Positions 1 to 9,423 of a stretch of 64,000 nt of DNA are shown here, one piece after another. Origin of the DNA: Campylobacterales bacterium (GTDB lineage Bacteria; Campylobacterota; Campylobacteria; Campylobacterales; Sulfurimonadaceae); NCBI GenBank assembly GCA_026390115.1, contig JAPLGO010000001.1, forward strand, positions 34,978 through 98,977, given 5' to 3'. Position numbers and translations under genes: made by a program. The notes under the pieces were generated by a model, which saw only the letters and a program-made list of their open reading frames with translations, did not search any database and was not told the DNA's origin. Within the stretch, counting starts at the first letter, position 1. Every line of letters starts with the position of its first letter.

Positions 1-300
1 GAAGGACCCGACCATAAAGCCTCTCTTGAACCGCATGAACTGATAGCCATGGTACAAGCGATACGAAACATAGAAAAGGCTCTGGGCAATGGCGTAAAAG
101 CTCCGAGCAAGAGTGAGAGCAAAAATATAAATATCTCCAGAAAATCAATTGTCGCAAAAAAAGAGATAAAAAAAGGCGAGATTCTCAGCGAAGCAAATAT
201 AACGGTAAAAAGACCCGGAACTGGAATAAGCCCGATGAAATGGAATGAGATAATCGGCAGTTGTGCTTTAAAAGATTATAAAGAAGATGAGTTGATATGA
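1..300 (+). CDS. neuB: N-acetylneuraminate/legionaminate synthase, 3' part (gene starts before the window)
   Basis: Frame 1 from base 1 reads EGPDHKASLEPHEL (NeuB motif), then a C-terminal SAF domain (SRKSIVAKKEIKKGE...KRPGTGISP). Confidence 0.9.
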   Translation, partial: EGPDHKASLEPHELIAMVQAIRNIEKALGNGVKAPSKSESKNINISRKSIVAKKEIKKGEILSEANITVKRPGTGISPMKWNEIIGSCALKDYKEDELI

Positions 301-2117
301 GAAAAATATGCGTAATAACCTCAACAAGAGCGGATTATGGGTTATTAGAACCTTTGATAGAACAGATAAACAGTGACAAAGATTTAACGCTTCAGCTTAT
401 AGTGACCGGAACGCACCTCTCATATGAGTTTGGAAACACCTATGAAGAGATAGAAAAGAGATTTAAAATTGACAAGAAAATTGTTATGGATTTGTCAAAA
501 GACACACCTATCGTCATTTCTCAATCCATGGCAAAACTGCAAGCGGATATGAGCGAAGTATTTACCGAACTTGAACCTGATATAGTTGTACTTCTTGGCG
601 ATAGATATGAGATGCTCTCGGTCGCCATCTCTGCCATGATGCTGAATATTCCCATAGCGCATATCCATGGCGGCGAAAGTACGGAGGGTGCGCAAGATGA
701 AGCAATTAGGCACTCTATAACCAAAATGTCGCACATGCACTTTTGTGCAACAAAGATTTACAGAGACAGAATCATTCAGCTTGGAGAGAATCCGTATACC
801 GTCCATAATGTAGGTTCGCTAGGTGTTGAAAATATCAAAAATACAGAGCTGTTATCAAAAAAGGCGTTTGAGAAATCTATCGGTTTTAAGCTGGGCAAAA
901 AAAACCTGCTGATAACTTTTCATCCTACCACGCTCGAGTCTCAGAACTCCGCAGAGCAGTTTAAAGAGATACTGGATGCTCTTGATTTGCTCGAAGATAC
1001 AACCCTTATTTTTACAAAAGCAAATGCCGATACGAATGGAAAAACGATAAACAGCATGATTGATGCGTATGTTTTAAAACACTCTTCCCACGCTACATGT
1101 CACACCTCTTTGGGGCAGCTCAGATATTTGAGCGCTTTGCAGTTTGTGGACGGAGTTGTCGGAAACAGCTCAAGCGGAATTATAGAAGCACCTAGTTTTA
1201 ACATCGCAACAATCAATATCGGGGACAGACAAAAGGGGCGGGAGAGAGCAAAAAGCATAATAGATGTGAGTGCTTCAAAAAACAATATACTCCATGCAAT
1301 CCACTCTATCTACACACCCGAATTTCAAAATATTCTGGGAGGAAACAGCAATCCCTATCAGGGAAGAGATACAAGTTATAAAATAAAAGAGCTTTTAAAA
1401 TCAACGGTGCTTACAAACCTGCTCAAAAAATCATTTTACAATCTTGCACCAAAAATAAATAAAGTTTTAGTTGTTTCAGTCCATCCCGATGATGAGACAC
1501 TTGGTTGCGGCGGTACACTCCTAAAACATAAAGATGCGGGAGATGAAACGCACTGGCTCATCTGCACACATGTCAACAACAATAGAGAGTTCTCAGCCGT
1601 TCGCGACGAGGAGATTAAAGAGGTTTCAAAGAGTTATCAATTTAATTCGGTTACAAATTTAATGCTCGACACTATGCGGGTGGACGAGTACAGCATGAGC
1701 GAGCTGGTACAGAAAATTTCGCAGGTTATCAAAGATGTTGAACCGAACATAATCTACCTCCCGTTCAGAGGCGATGTGCATAGCGACCACAGAGTAATTT
1801 TTGATGCCACATACAGCTGTACAAAATCTTTCAGATACCCATTTATAGAAAAACTCTACATGATGGAAACTCTGAGCGAAACGGAATTTGCTCCGGTCTT
1901 TAAAGATGATATTTTCATACCTAACATGTTTGTAAATATAGACAAATATATTGATATAAAAATTGATATAATGAAAATATATAAAAGTGAAATTCAAGAG
2001 CCGCCATTTCCAAGAAGCACCACAAATATAAGAGCCTTGGCAACTTTTAGAGGTGCTTCTTCAGGTTGCAAACATGCGGAGAGTTTCATGCTCTTAAAAG
2101 AGATCAGAAAAGGATAA
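297..2117 (+). CDS. neuC: Hydrolysing UDP/GDP-GlcNAc 2-epimerase (NeuC/LegG) fused to a C-terminal PIG-L/LmbE-family deacetylase
   Basis: N-terminal ~385 aa has TRADYGLL, LGDRYE, HIHGGE, GNSSSGIIEAP. C-terminal ~215 aa has HPDDETLGCGG and HSDH. One uninterrupted ORF. Confidence 0.88.
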   Translation: MRKICVITSTRADYGLLEPLIEQINSDKDLTLQLIVTGTHLSYEFGNTYEEIEKRFKIDKKIVMDLSKDTPIVISQSMAKLQADMSEVFTELEPDIVVLLGDRYEMLSVAISAMMLNIPIAHIHGGESTEGAQDEAIRHSITKMSHMHFCATKIYRDRIIQLGENPYTVHNVGSLGVENIKNTELLSKKAFEKSIGFKLGKKNLLITFHPTTLESQNSAEQFKEILDALDLLEDTTLIFTKANADTNGKTINSMIDAYVLKHSSHATCHTSLGQLRYLSALQFVDGVVGNSSSGIIEAPSFNIATINIGDRQKGRERAKSIIDVSASKNNILHAIHSIYTPEFQNILGGNSNPYQGRDTSYKIKELLKSTVLTNLLKKSFYNLAPKINKVLVVSVHPDDETLGCGGTLLKHKDAGDETHWLICTHVNNNREFSAVRDEEIKEVSKSYQFNSVTNLMLDTMRVDEYSMSELVQKISQVIKDVEPNIIYLPFRGDVHSDHRVIFDATYSCTKSFRYPFIEKLYMMETLSETEFAPVFKDDIFIPNMFVNIDKYIDIKIDIMKIYKSEIQEPPFPRSTTNIRALATFRGASSGCKHAESFMLLKEIRKG

Positions 2118-2119
2118 TT

Positions 2120-4162
2120 ATGCAAAATATCGAAGAACAGGCGCTCCAAACTTATAACGAGAATATACTGTTTTTACAGATAAATCATCCGAGCGTATTT
2201 CATAAATTAACAGCTCTTGAGAATGCTATAAGCAACGGATACCATCAAGAGAGATATTCCCTAGAGTACAAAAATGGATATTTTGATGTTATGGATATAG
2301 AGTCCAAAAAGTGGTTTTATGATACAGACAGCACTGAACATGCAAAGGAGATTGCTAAGCTTATCAACTATAACAAAAAAGATAATGTTTATGAGACATA
2401 CCTGCATTTTGATATTGATGATGAAAATATTGCTATGCATGAAGAAACAAGCACAGAAGAAAGCCCTCTCTCTGCTTCTGCACATCTGTTACACTATTCA
2501 AATAAATATGCAAATGATAAAAATACATCGATGAAAAAAATATATAAATTTATTTTTATTGGAACCGGTCTTGGTTTGCATATTCAAGCAGTTCACCAAA
2601 GACTTCAATCGAGTGCGTACTTTATAGTAGAAGATGATTTAGAGCTATTCAAACTCTCGCTTTTTGTTACAAACTATGGCAAAATTCATGCCGACGGTTC
2701 AGAAATTATATTTTCAATATTTGATGATGCAAATGAGTTTCAGCAAAATACACAAAAATTTTTAGAAACACTCTTTATTTACAATCACTATATAAAATTT
2801 CTCAATTTATCTGTAAATGACGAAAAGAAATTAAAAGCAATTCAAGAAATTATTGTCTCACAGGGCTATCTTGCATTTAATTTTGCTGCCATGACCAAAA
2901 GCTTTTTACGACCCTTGGATTACCTCAAATGCGGCTATCCAATTTTGAATTTAAATAGTTTACCCAACAAACAACTTATCAAAAACAAGCCTGTTTTACT
3001 GCTGGGTGCAGGTCCGTCTTTGGGTAGAAACATAGATTGGGTCAAAAAAAATCAGGATAAATTCATAATTATATCCATTAGTACAATACTCTACGAATTA
3101 GAAAAGCACAACATAAAACCGGACATCATAACGCATATACATGGTGATTATCAAGCATTGCCACATATACAAAAGGTAAGAGATGTCTCCTTTTTTGATA
3201 AATCTGTTTCTATTTTTGCAAGTATGGCTTTTATGGAGTTTACAGAATATTTCAAAAAAGAGAATGTTTTTATCTTTGAAAACAACAGCAGCTACAAAAA
3301 TGATTTTGGGAATTTAGTCACTGAAAATGTTGGTTCTTCTTCCTATAAATTACTATTGCAACTCCAAGTCGAAGAGTTTTATATGCTCGGCATTGACTTT
3401 GCTCTTGACCAAGAGACTGGTGCAACGCATATAGAATCACATGAGCATCTTAAAACAGCAAAACTTGAAGAAGATGAAGACCTTGGGGGAGCTTTAGATT
3501 ATGAGATGGCGGTTGTAAAAGTGCCTGGTAATTTTTTGGATGAAGTCTATTCGACAATCCTTTACAGAAATCAGACCTTTGAACTTACTAAAGTTTATCA
3601 AGCCTTTGGAACTATGCATACCAAAAAAATTTACAATTTGAGTAATGGTGCTTATATAGAAAACACACTCCCTTTAAAAGTGGAGGATATAGACTATTCT
3701 AAATTTGAAGTTATCGATAAAGACTTGTTTTATGATGCACTTAAATCTCTTCTTCGTGAAAACTCAGAGAATTTTTTGACTGCAAGCGAACTTCATAAAA
3801 TCAAGATAGACATACAAGAGTGTGACATGAAAATCGATATTTTGAATGAGTTTAAAAAGAAAAATCATCAAGATTTGAACTCTTACCATGGCAATATTTT
3901 AAGAATGTTTCAAGCATGCTTCACTTCTCAAAAAGGCGTAGAAAATCAGGACTTATCGCACATTTTAACGCTCTATTTTCAGTTTACTTCAGGGTATATT
4001 TTTGATATTATCAACACTAAAGAGATAAAAAATCCAAAAAAATTAATGAAAGATTTGAATAAACTTTTTATTCCGCAACTCACAAAAATCATTACACATT
4101 ACAAAGAGAGACTCCAAAAATATATAGACTTTGCAAATAGCAATAAAAGTGTTCAAGGATGA
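2120..4162 (+). CDS. maf: Motility-associated factor (Maf, DUF115/MptE-like), putative flagellin glycosyltransferase
   Basis: LLLGAGPSL and GIDFALD motifs, ~680 aa, paralogous to 14814-16841. Start moved to ATG 2120 behind AGGA RBS. Confidence 0.8.
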   Translation: MQNIEEQALQTYNENILFLQINHPSVFHKLTALENAISNGYHQERYSLEYKNGYFDVMDIESKKWFYDTDSTEHAKEIAKLINYNKKDNVYETYLHFDIDDENIAMHEETSTEESPLSASAHLLHYSNKYANDKNTSMKKIYKFIFIGTGLGLHIQAVHQRLQSSAYFIVEDDLELFKLSLFVTNYGKIHADGSEIIFSIFDDANEFQQNTQKFLETLFIYNHYIKFLNLSVNDEKKLKAIQEIIVSQGYLAFNFAAMTKSFLRPLDYLKCGYPILNLNSLPNKQLIKNKPVLLLGAGPSLGRNIDWVKKNQDKFIIISISTILYELEKHNIKPDIITHIHGDYQALPHIQKVRDVSFFDKSVSIFASMAFMEFTEYFKKENVFIFENNSSYKNDFGNLVTENVGSSSYKLLLQLQVEEFYMLGIDFALDQETGATHIESHEHLKTAKLEEDEDLGGALDYEMAVVKVPGNFLDEVYSTILYRNQTFELTKVYQAFGTMHTKKIYNLSNGAYIENTLPLKVEDIDYSKFEVIDKDLFYDALKSLLRENSENFLTASELHKIKIDIQECDMKIDILNEFKKKNHQDLNSYHGNILRMFQACFTSQKGVENQDLSHILTLYFQFTSGYIFDIINTKEIKNPKKLMKDLNKLFIPQLTKIITHYKERLQKYIDFANSNKSVQG

Positions 4163-4848
4163 ACCTAACCTCCATCCATCAACCATCTTACTTCCCATGG
4201 CAGGGATTATTAAACAAGATAAAAGAGAGTGAAAAGTTTATAGTTATGGAAGAAGTTCAGTTTTTGGATGGTGGATATCAAAACAGAAATATTTTTTTGG
4301 ATAAGAATTTCAGTGTTCACATGCTGACCATTCCGATTGAAAAAAAAAATTACTTTGACAAAACCATAAAAGAGATGCGTATCGCAGACAAAAGATGGCA
4401 AAAAAAACATCTCAGATTTTTGATGCAAAATTACAATAGACACCCCCATTTTGAGGAAATTTTAGAGGAGATTGAGCCTCTATATACAAAAGAGTATAAC
4501 TTTTTGGTGGATATTTTAATAGACTCCATGTCGCTCTGCTGCAAACTATTTGAGATAGAGACGCAAATCATTCTGCAATCGGATTTACTCTATAACAAAG
4601 AGTGCAGAAAGAGTGATTTGATTTTTGAGCTGCTAAAATGCAGTAACTCAAAAAACTATCTCTCAGGAGTGGGAGCAAAAGGCTATCAAACAGAAGAAGA
4701 GTTTGAACAAAAGGATATAAAACTTTTCTATCAGGATTTTAAACAAACTTCGTATGAGCAGTATAAAAACAGCTCCTTTGCGGAGGGTTTATCCTCTTTG
4801 GACTTGCTTTTTAATGTCGGCAAGAATTTGGCTCACAACTACATATAG
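4159..4848 (+). CDS. WbqC-like family protein
   Basis: HQPSYFPW, QNRN, YLSGVGAKGY, LSSLDLLFN motifs; ATGA overlap with maf. Confidence 0.85.
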   Translation: MNLTSIHQPSYFPWQGLLNKIKESEKFIVMEEVQFLDGGYQNRNIFLDKNFSVHMLTIPIEKKNYFDKTIKEMRIADKRWQKKHLRFLMQNYNRHPHFEEILEEIEPLYTKEYNFLVDILIDSMSLCCKLFEIETQIILQSDLLYNKECRKSDLIFELLKCSNSKNYLSGVGAKGYQTEEEFEQKDIKLFYQDFKQTSYEQYKNSSFAEGLSSLDLLFNVGKNLAHNYI

Positions 4849-5490
4849 GTGCAAAAAATGGATGATTTACAGACGATAGAAAACTTTTTCAATGAAAAAA
4901 CTCAACTCAACGGTTACAGCATCAAATCACTCGATTGGGGCAGCAGAAGAACGCAGCAGATTCGGTTTCATATCTTCAGCGAGATTGCTTCGCTGGAGAA
5001 CAAATCCGTACTCGATGTCGGTTGTGGATTCGGAGATTTTTTTGATTTTTTAAACATCAGCCTCGGGTTGAATGTAAAATACACCGGCGTTGACATCTCA
5101 TCCAAAGTTGTTGCACAGGCAAAAGAGAGACATCCTGCGCTCAATATTTTAAAACTGGATATTTTGAGCGAAAAGGTACAAAAGCATGACTATGTCTTTG
5201 GCTCCGGTATTCACAATATAAAAGTTGAAAAAAACAATGAACTTTTGGAGAGAATGCTGAATAAAATGTTTGAGCTTTGCAACTATGGAGTTGCAACCAA
5301 CATGATAAACAAAACTTATGAAAACTCTCTGGCAGAGCATATTTTTGGCTACGAACTCTCAAAAGTGATGGAGATGTGCAAAAAATTGACACCTTTTAGC
5401 GTCATTCGCCAAGACTACCTTCCAAACGATTTTACACTCTATTTGTATAAACACGACTGGGCAACAAGAAGCGGCTATGAAGAGAAATAA
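4849..5490 (+). CDS. Class I SAM-dependent methyltransferase
   Basis: SLDWGS..Q..RF and VLDVGCGFGD motif I. Confidence 0.8.
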   Translation: MQKMDDLQTIENFFNEKTQLNGYSIKSLDWGSRRTQQIRFHIFSEIASLENKSVLDVGCGFGDFFDFLNISLGLNVKYTGVDISSKVVAQAKERHPALNILKLDILSEKVQKHDYVFGSGIHNIKVEKNNELLERMLNKMFELCNYGVATNMINKTYENSLAEHIFGYELSKVMEMCKKLTPFSVIRQDYLPNDFTLYLYKHDWATRSGYEEK

Positions 5491-6655
5491 AATCCTTTTT
5501 TTTAGCGGAAACCGTGCAGAGTTCGGGTATCTTCTGCCTTTTTTAATAGAGCTGAACACTCTTCATGAAATCGACTTCATCATCTCCGGCACCCATCTTC
5601 TTCCGCCATGGAACACAAGTGCAGAGATAGAAGAGAGCATCCGCAAACATGACTTGAGCGTCAATCTGATAAACATTCCCATACCCAATATTCCAAATGC
5701 GCATATAGACTCTTTTGCCCTCATCCATCAAAAATCGGTCGACATTCTCAAAGAAAAAGGCTATGACTACGCTTTTGTTTTGGGTGACAGACCGGAAAGC
5801 TTTGCTTTTGCCTCTGCCGTTTTTTTACATAATACGCCGCTTATCCACTACGCTGGAGGAGATGTAACCGACAACGCCTATCTGGACTCAAATATCCGAC
5901 ATGTAATAACCAAAATGGCGCACCTCCATCTCACCCTCTCAGAGGATTCAAAAGGCGTTGTAGAGCAGCTGGGCGAAGAGGAGTGGCGAGTTAAAAATGT
6001 GGGAATCTCTACTTATGACTATGACAGATTAAATCTGCTTCCGACAATAGAAGAGATTGAGGCAAAATTTCCGCTCTTTGATTTAACCAAAAAAACGCTC
6101 ATCGTGACCTATCACGCAACGCAATATAAAACTCCACATGCAAACTATGAGGACTTTAAAACTCTCTTGGAAATACTCGGTGAGTTTAATCTCAATACTA
6201 TTCTAACCTATCCAAACAATGACACAGGTTCTGAAAAAATCATAGAGTTTTTAGAGAACACTCAATTTGCAAAGAATATCGCACTTGTAAAAAATCTAGG
6301 TACTCTCACCATGCTCAGCCTCTACAAAAATTTTGACACAATCGTAACAGGCAACTCAAGCAGCGGGCTGTTAGAGACATGTTTGTACAAAACGCCGACT
6401 CTAAACGTAGGAGACAGACAGGGTAACAGAAAAAAAGCAGACAATGTTTTGGATGTCAATTTAGACAAGCGTGAGATAAAAAAGAATCTCACTTTTATAC
6501 TAAAAAATTACGAAGAGATTAAAAAAAGGTGCGAAAAAAACAAAGGTATTTTTGGCTTCGGAGACAGCACAAAAATACTCAGAAAAATTATCGAGGATAC
6601 CTCTCTCACAAAAGAGAGGTTGATGTTTAAGAGATTTATTAAATCTGTTTTATAA
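5477..6655 (+). CDS. neuC: Second NeuC-like hydrolysing nucleotide-GlcNAc 2-epimerase
   Basis: GNRAEFG, LGDRPE, RHVITKMAHLH, GNSSSGLLE, NVGDRQGNR. Confidence 0.8.
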   Translation: MKRNKILFFSGNRAEFGYLLPFLIELNTLHEIDFIISGTHLLPPWNTSAEIEESIRKHDLSVNLINIPIPNIPNAHIDSFALIHQKSVDILKEKGYDYAFVLGDRPESFAFASAVFLHNTPLIHYAGGDVTDNAYLDSNIRHVITKMAHLHLTLSEDSKGVVEQLGEEEWRVKNVGISTYDYDRLNLLPTIEEIEAKFPLFDLTKKTLIVTYHATQYKTPHANYEDFKTLLEILGEFNLNTILTYPNNDTGSEKIIEFLENTQFAKNIALVKNLGTLTMLSLYKNFDTIVTGNSSSGLLETCLYKTPTLNVGDRQGNRKKADNVLDVNLDKREIKKNLTFILKNYEEIKKRCEKNKGIFGFGDSTKILRKIIEDTSLTKERLMFKRFIKSVL

Positions 6656-6665
6656 ATCGGGATTA

Positions 6666-8465
6666 TCAAAATTCCTTAGATTCTGCATTTTTGACAAATC
6701 TGCTTGCCATTTCACCCGTTTGTATAACAATCTCATTTACTTCTCGCGCATTATCCGCATTTTTTTGTGTTGTTTTTTCCAGTTCTGAAATCGTATCATT
6801 TACATTTGAAACTGCTTTTGACTGCTCATGCATGGTGCCGCTTACTTCATTTATAGATCCAACCATAACATTTACCGTGGCAGATATTTTACTTAAACTT
6901 TGTTGCGTTTTCTCCGCCAGATTTCTGACTTCATCCGCAACAACGGCAAAGCCCCTGCCATGTTCACCTGCTCTAGCTGCTTCTATTGCAGCATTCAGAG
7001 CAAGAAGATTTGTTTGATCAGCTATATCACTAATAATGCTTGTAACCGACTTAATATCTTCAGATTGTCCAACAACAGTGTGTGTTTTTACCACTATCTC
7101 ATTTATCGCCATAGTAATAGACTCCATGACTCTTGAAGTATCTTTTAATTTCAGAGCCTGCTCTTGTGCCGAGGCAGTAAGAGAAAACATATTTTTCGAT
7201 AGTTTGCCCGATTGCTGCTCAAGACTGTGACCATCTTGCAGTTCTTGTTTGCTCGCACTTGCCAATGATCCTCCAAGGCTGTTTGTGCTCTCGAATAATT
7301 CTTTGATTCTGCCTGTTGTGTCGGTAATATTCACAGTAGGTTTAAAATTGTCATTTTCATAGCTTTTTAAAACTTCCAACACTTTTTTGATATTTTCATT
7401 CATGGCATCGAGCATAGAATTTACAATCTCTCTTAATCTGTTGAGTGATTCGCTATTTGCATGCACTACAACTCTCTCCGTCATATCCCCTTTTGCAGTT
7501 TTCTCAGCCACATTTGATAAATTCTCAATCAGCTTGTTATCCTGAGCAACTCCATCTTCCATATTTTTTATGTATTTATTAAACTCATGCGCTATATCTT
7601 TTATTTCGTCATTCTCTAGAATATCTATTCTTGAGCCTTTTTTCTCATTAAGATTTTTAATTCCCTCTAATAAAATTTGAAGTTTGCTTTTAAATTTTAT
7701 AGAAATCAGAACCGATATAACAATAATTATAAACGCAATAGATAAAAGTGTTATTGTGAAATTTCGCATATTGTCTTTAATCTGGTCACGCATCTTTTTA
7801 TTTGAGATACTCACTCCGATATACCCTGAAGTGCCGCCCTCTTTCCAGTTTGTATGGCAAGATATACACTCTTTTTCGGCAATAATTTGCTGATAAAATG
7901 TAGAAGTGTCACTCTCCTCATCTATCTTATAGGCTCGGTTGTCGCTAAATTTTAAATCCCTATCAATCTCAAAGTGGCAGGTTCTGCACTCTTTTGTTTT
8001 ATCCATAAGTACGCTTCCGTGAAAACCCGCAGATTTTTCAAGCGGTGTATAGCTCCAATCAGCCCTGAGAAACATTCCATTTGTTTTTTCATATATCTCT
8101 TTATTGGGATTGAAATATTTATTATCTTTATGCACAAAAGGCTTGCCGACTGTAACTTCTTTTGACTTATAATTCATGAGTCCTGAAGAAGCATATAAAA
8201 CTGTCTCTTTTACCCCGTCTAAAAGAGCTATATTGTCCATAGCGGCTTGAAACGTTTTTCGTTGACCTCTTGCAAGAGAATCTTTTGAAGAGACGACATA
8301 ATTATGTAAAATAGCCGACCCTTTATCTTCTATCATCTCTTCAAGTTTTGATTTTTGAAGATAATAGTTAACCGTTATAGAGATAATCGATATGACTACA
8401 ACACCAAAAACCAAAGGAAAGGAGAGCTTAAATAAAATAGATTCTGTAAAGTTTCTTTTTTGCAT
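6666..8465 (-). CDS. Methyl-accepting chemotaxis protein with a periplasmic di-haem c sensor domain
   Basis: TM1 (~aa 11-35), CRTCH and CISCH motifs, TM2, HAMP-like segments, signalling core [40 protein letters not shown]. Confidence 0.9.
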   Translation of the reverse strand: MQKRNFTESILFKLSFPLVFGVVVISIISITVNYYLQKSKLEEMIEDKGSAILHNYVVSSKDSLARGQRKTFQAAMDNIALLDGVKETVLYASSGLMNYKSKEVTVGKPFVHKDNKYFNPNKEIYEKTNGMFLRADWSYTPLEKSAGFHGSVLMDKTKECRTCHFEIDRDLKFSDNRAYKIDEESDTSTFYQQIIAEKECISCHTNWKEGGTSGYIGVSISNKKMRDQIKDNMRNFTITLLSIAFIIIVISVLISIKFKSKLQILLEGIKNLNEKKGSRIDILENDEIKDIAHEFNKYIKNMEDGVAQDNKLIENLSNVAEKTAKGDMTERVVVHANSESLNRLREIVNSMLDAMNENIKKVLEVLKSYENDNFKPTVNITDTTGRIKELFESTNSLGGSLASASKQELQDGHSLEQQSGKLSKNMFSLTASAQEQALKLKDTSRVMESITMAINEIVVKTHTVVGQSEDIKSVTSIISDIADQTNLLALNAAIEAARAGEHGRGFAVVADEVRNLAEKTQQSLSKISATVNVMVGSINEVSGTMHEQSKAVSNVNDTISELEKTTQKNADNAREVNEIVIQTGEMASRFVKNAESKEF

Positions 8466-8468
8466 TTT

Positions 8469-9413
8469 TCATCCCTCAATATTGCAGTTTTTAAATTTAA
8501 CAATGGCTCTTTTATCATCGTATGTGTGCAACATTATCTGTCTTGGGAAGTGTTCGCTTGCACATCCGATACAAGGGTGTCCTGCTTTTATACATGTATT
8601 TGTGTTATTATTGTGTCCAATTTCCATACAATCATTTTTGGTTACGGGTCCTTGACACCCTAATTTAAGCATACATCCCGATTCACCTATTTTTTTAGAG
8701 TAGTTTTTCTCTTGAAATTGAGAATAGTACATACATCTCTCATGTACTGTTTGAGAATAAAATCTAAGCGGTCTTCCCTCTGCATCGAGTTCGGGAATAG
8801 TTTGAAATTTTGCATAGTGAAAAATAACATAAATGAGATGCTCAGGTTTCATAGGACAGTTTGGCAGAGCTATTACCGGCTTATTTAACTTTCTGTCTTT
8901 TACAAAACTGCCAAGAGACATGACTCCGGTATCCATGCCCTGCATTCCCGTAATTCCGCCGAATACGGCACATGTTCCGGCAGCCACGCATGCAGAGGCA
9001 CTTGCCGTCATTTGCTCCATCCAATCCATGATTGGTCTATCTCCCATCATACAGGCATGCGGCATTGCTACGGGAATAGAACCCTCAACAACCAAAAGAT
9101 AGTTATTTTTCAACTCTTTGGAGGCTTTGTCAAGCAGATCCACAACTTGCTTTCCCGTTGCAAGAGAGACATCCGGATGATAGACCATATTTGTATATCT
9201 CGTAAGAATATCAAGCACGGAGACATCTTCTATGTTTAAAAAGGAGCATGAGCATCCGGAACATGAAGAGCCATGGAGCCAAATTAGATTTGGCTTAATC
9301 ATTTTTCCCTCTTCCATCGCAAGCAAATCTTCATAACTGAAAAAATTTGCAGCCCCAACTGCTACCAATACCTTTAACATCTGTTTAATGGCATCTCTTC
9401 TTGATAAACTCAT
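8469..9413 (-). CDS. [NiFe]-hydrogenase small subunit with Tat signal (group 1a-like)
   Basis: MSLSRRDAIK twin-Arg signal; CSGC, EGS, GTC, NCP, HERC, GCMLKLGCQGP, HPCIGC Fe-S ligands. Start moved to ATG 9413 behind AGGAG. Confidence 0.9.
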   Translation of the reverse strand: MSLSRRDAIKQMLKVLVAVGAANFFSYEDLLAMEEGKMIKPNLIWLHGSSCSGCSCSFLNIEDVSVLDILTRYTNMVYHPDVSLATGKQVVDLLDKASKELKNNYLLVVEGSIPVAMPHACMMGDRPIMDWMEQMTASASACVAAGTCAVFGGITGMQGMDTGVMSLGSFVKDRKLNKPVIALPNCPMKPEHLIYVIFHYAKFQTIPELDAEGRPLRFYSQTVHERCMYYSQFQEKNYSKKIGESGCMLKLGCQGPVTKNDCMEIGHNNNTNTCIKAGHPCIGCASEHFPRQIMLHTYDDKRAIVKFKNCNIEG

Positions 9414-9423
9414 CTCTTGCTCC

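Noticed and set aside
2066-2119. Longer ORF-track starts (2066, 9443, 14772, 27236, 29420, 29522, 58947)
   Set aside because: They overlap neighbours or lack an RBS; downstream starts match RBS position and family N-termini.
4340-4349. Phase variation through the A10 tract in wbqC (also T9 at 13637-13645)
   Set aside because: Both are in frame, and A/T runs of this length are common in this AT-rich DNA; Campylobacter-type contingency tracts are usually poly-G/C.
8940-9260. O2-tolerant (group 1d) proximal cluster, suggested by the extra Cys in CSGCSC
   Set aside because: The extra Cys is not at the C19 position, and the C120 position reads GTCAVFGG, so the 6-Cys signature is absent.
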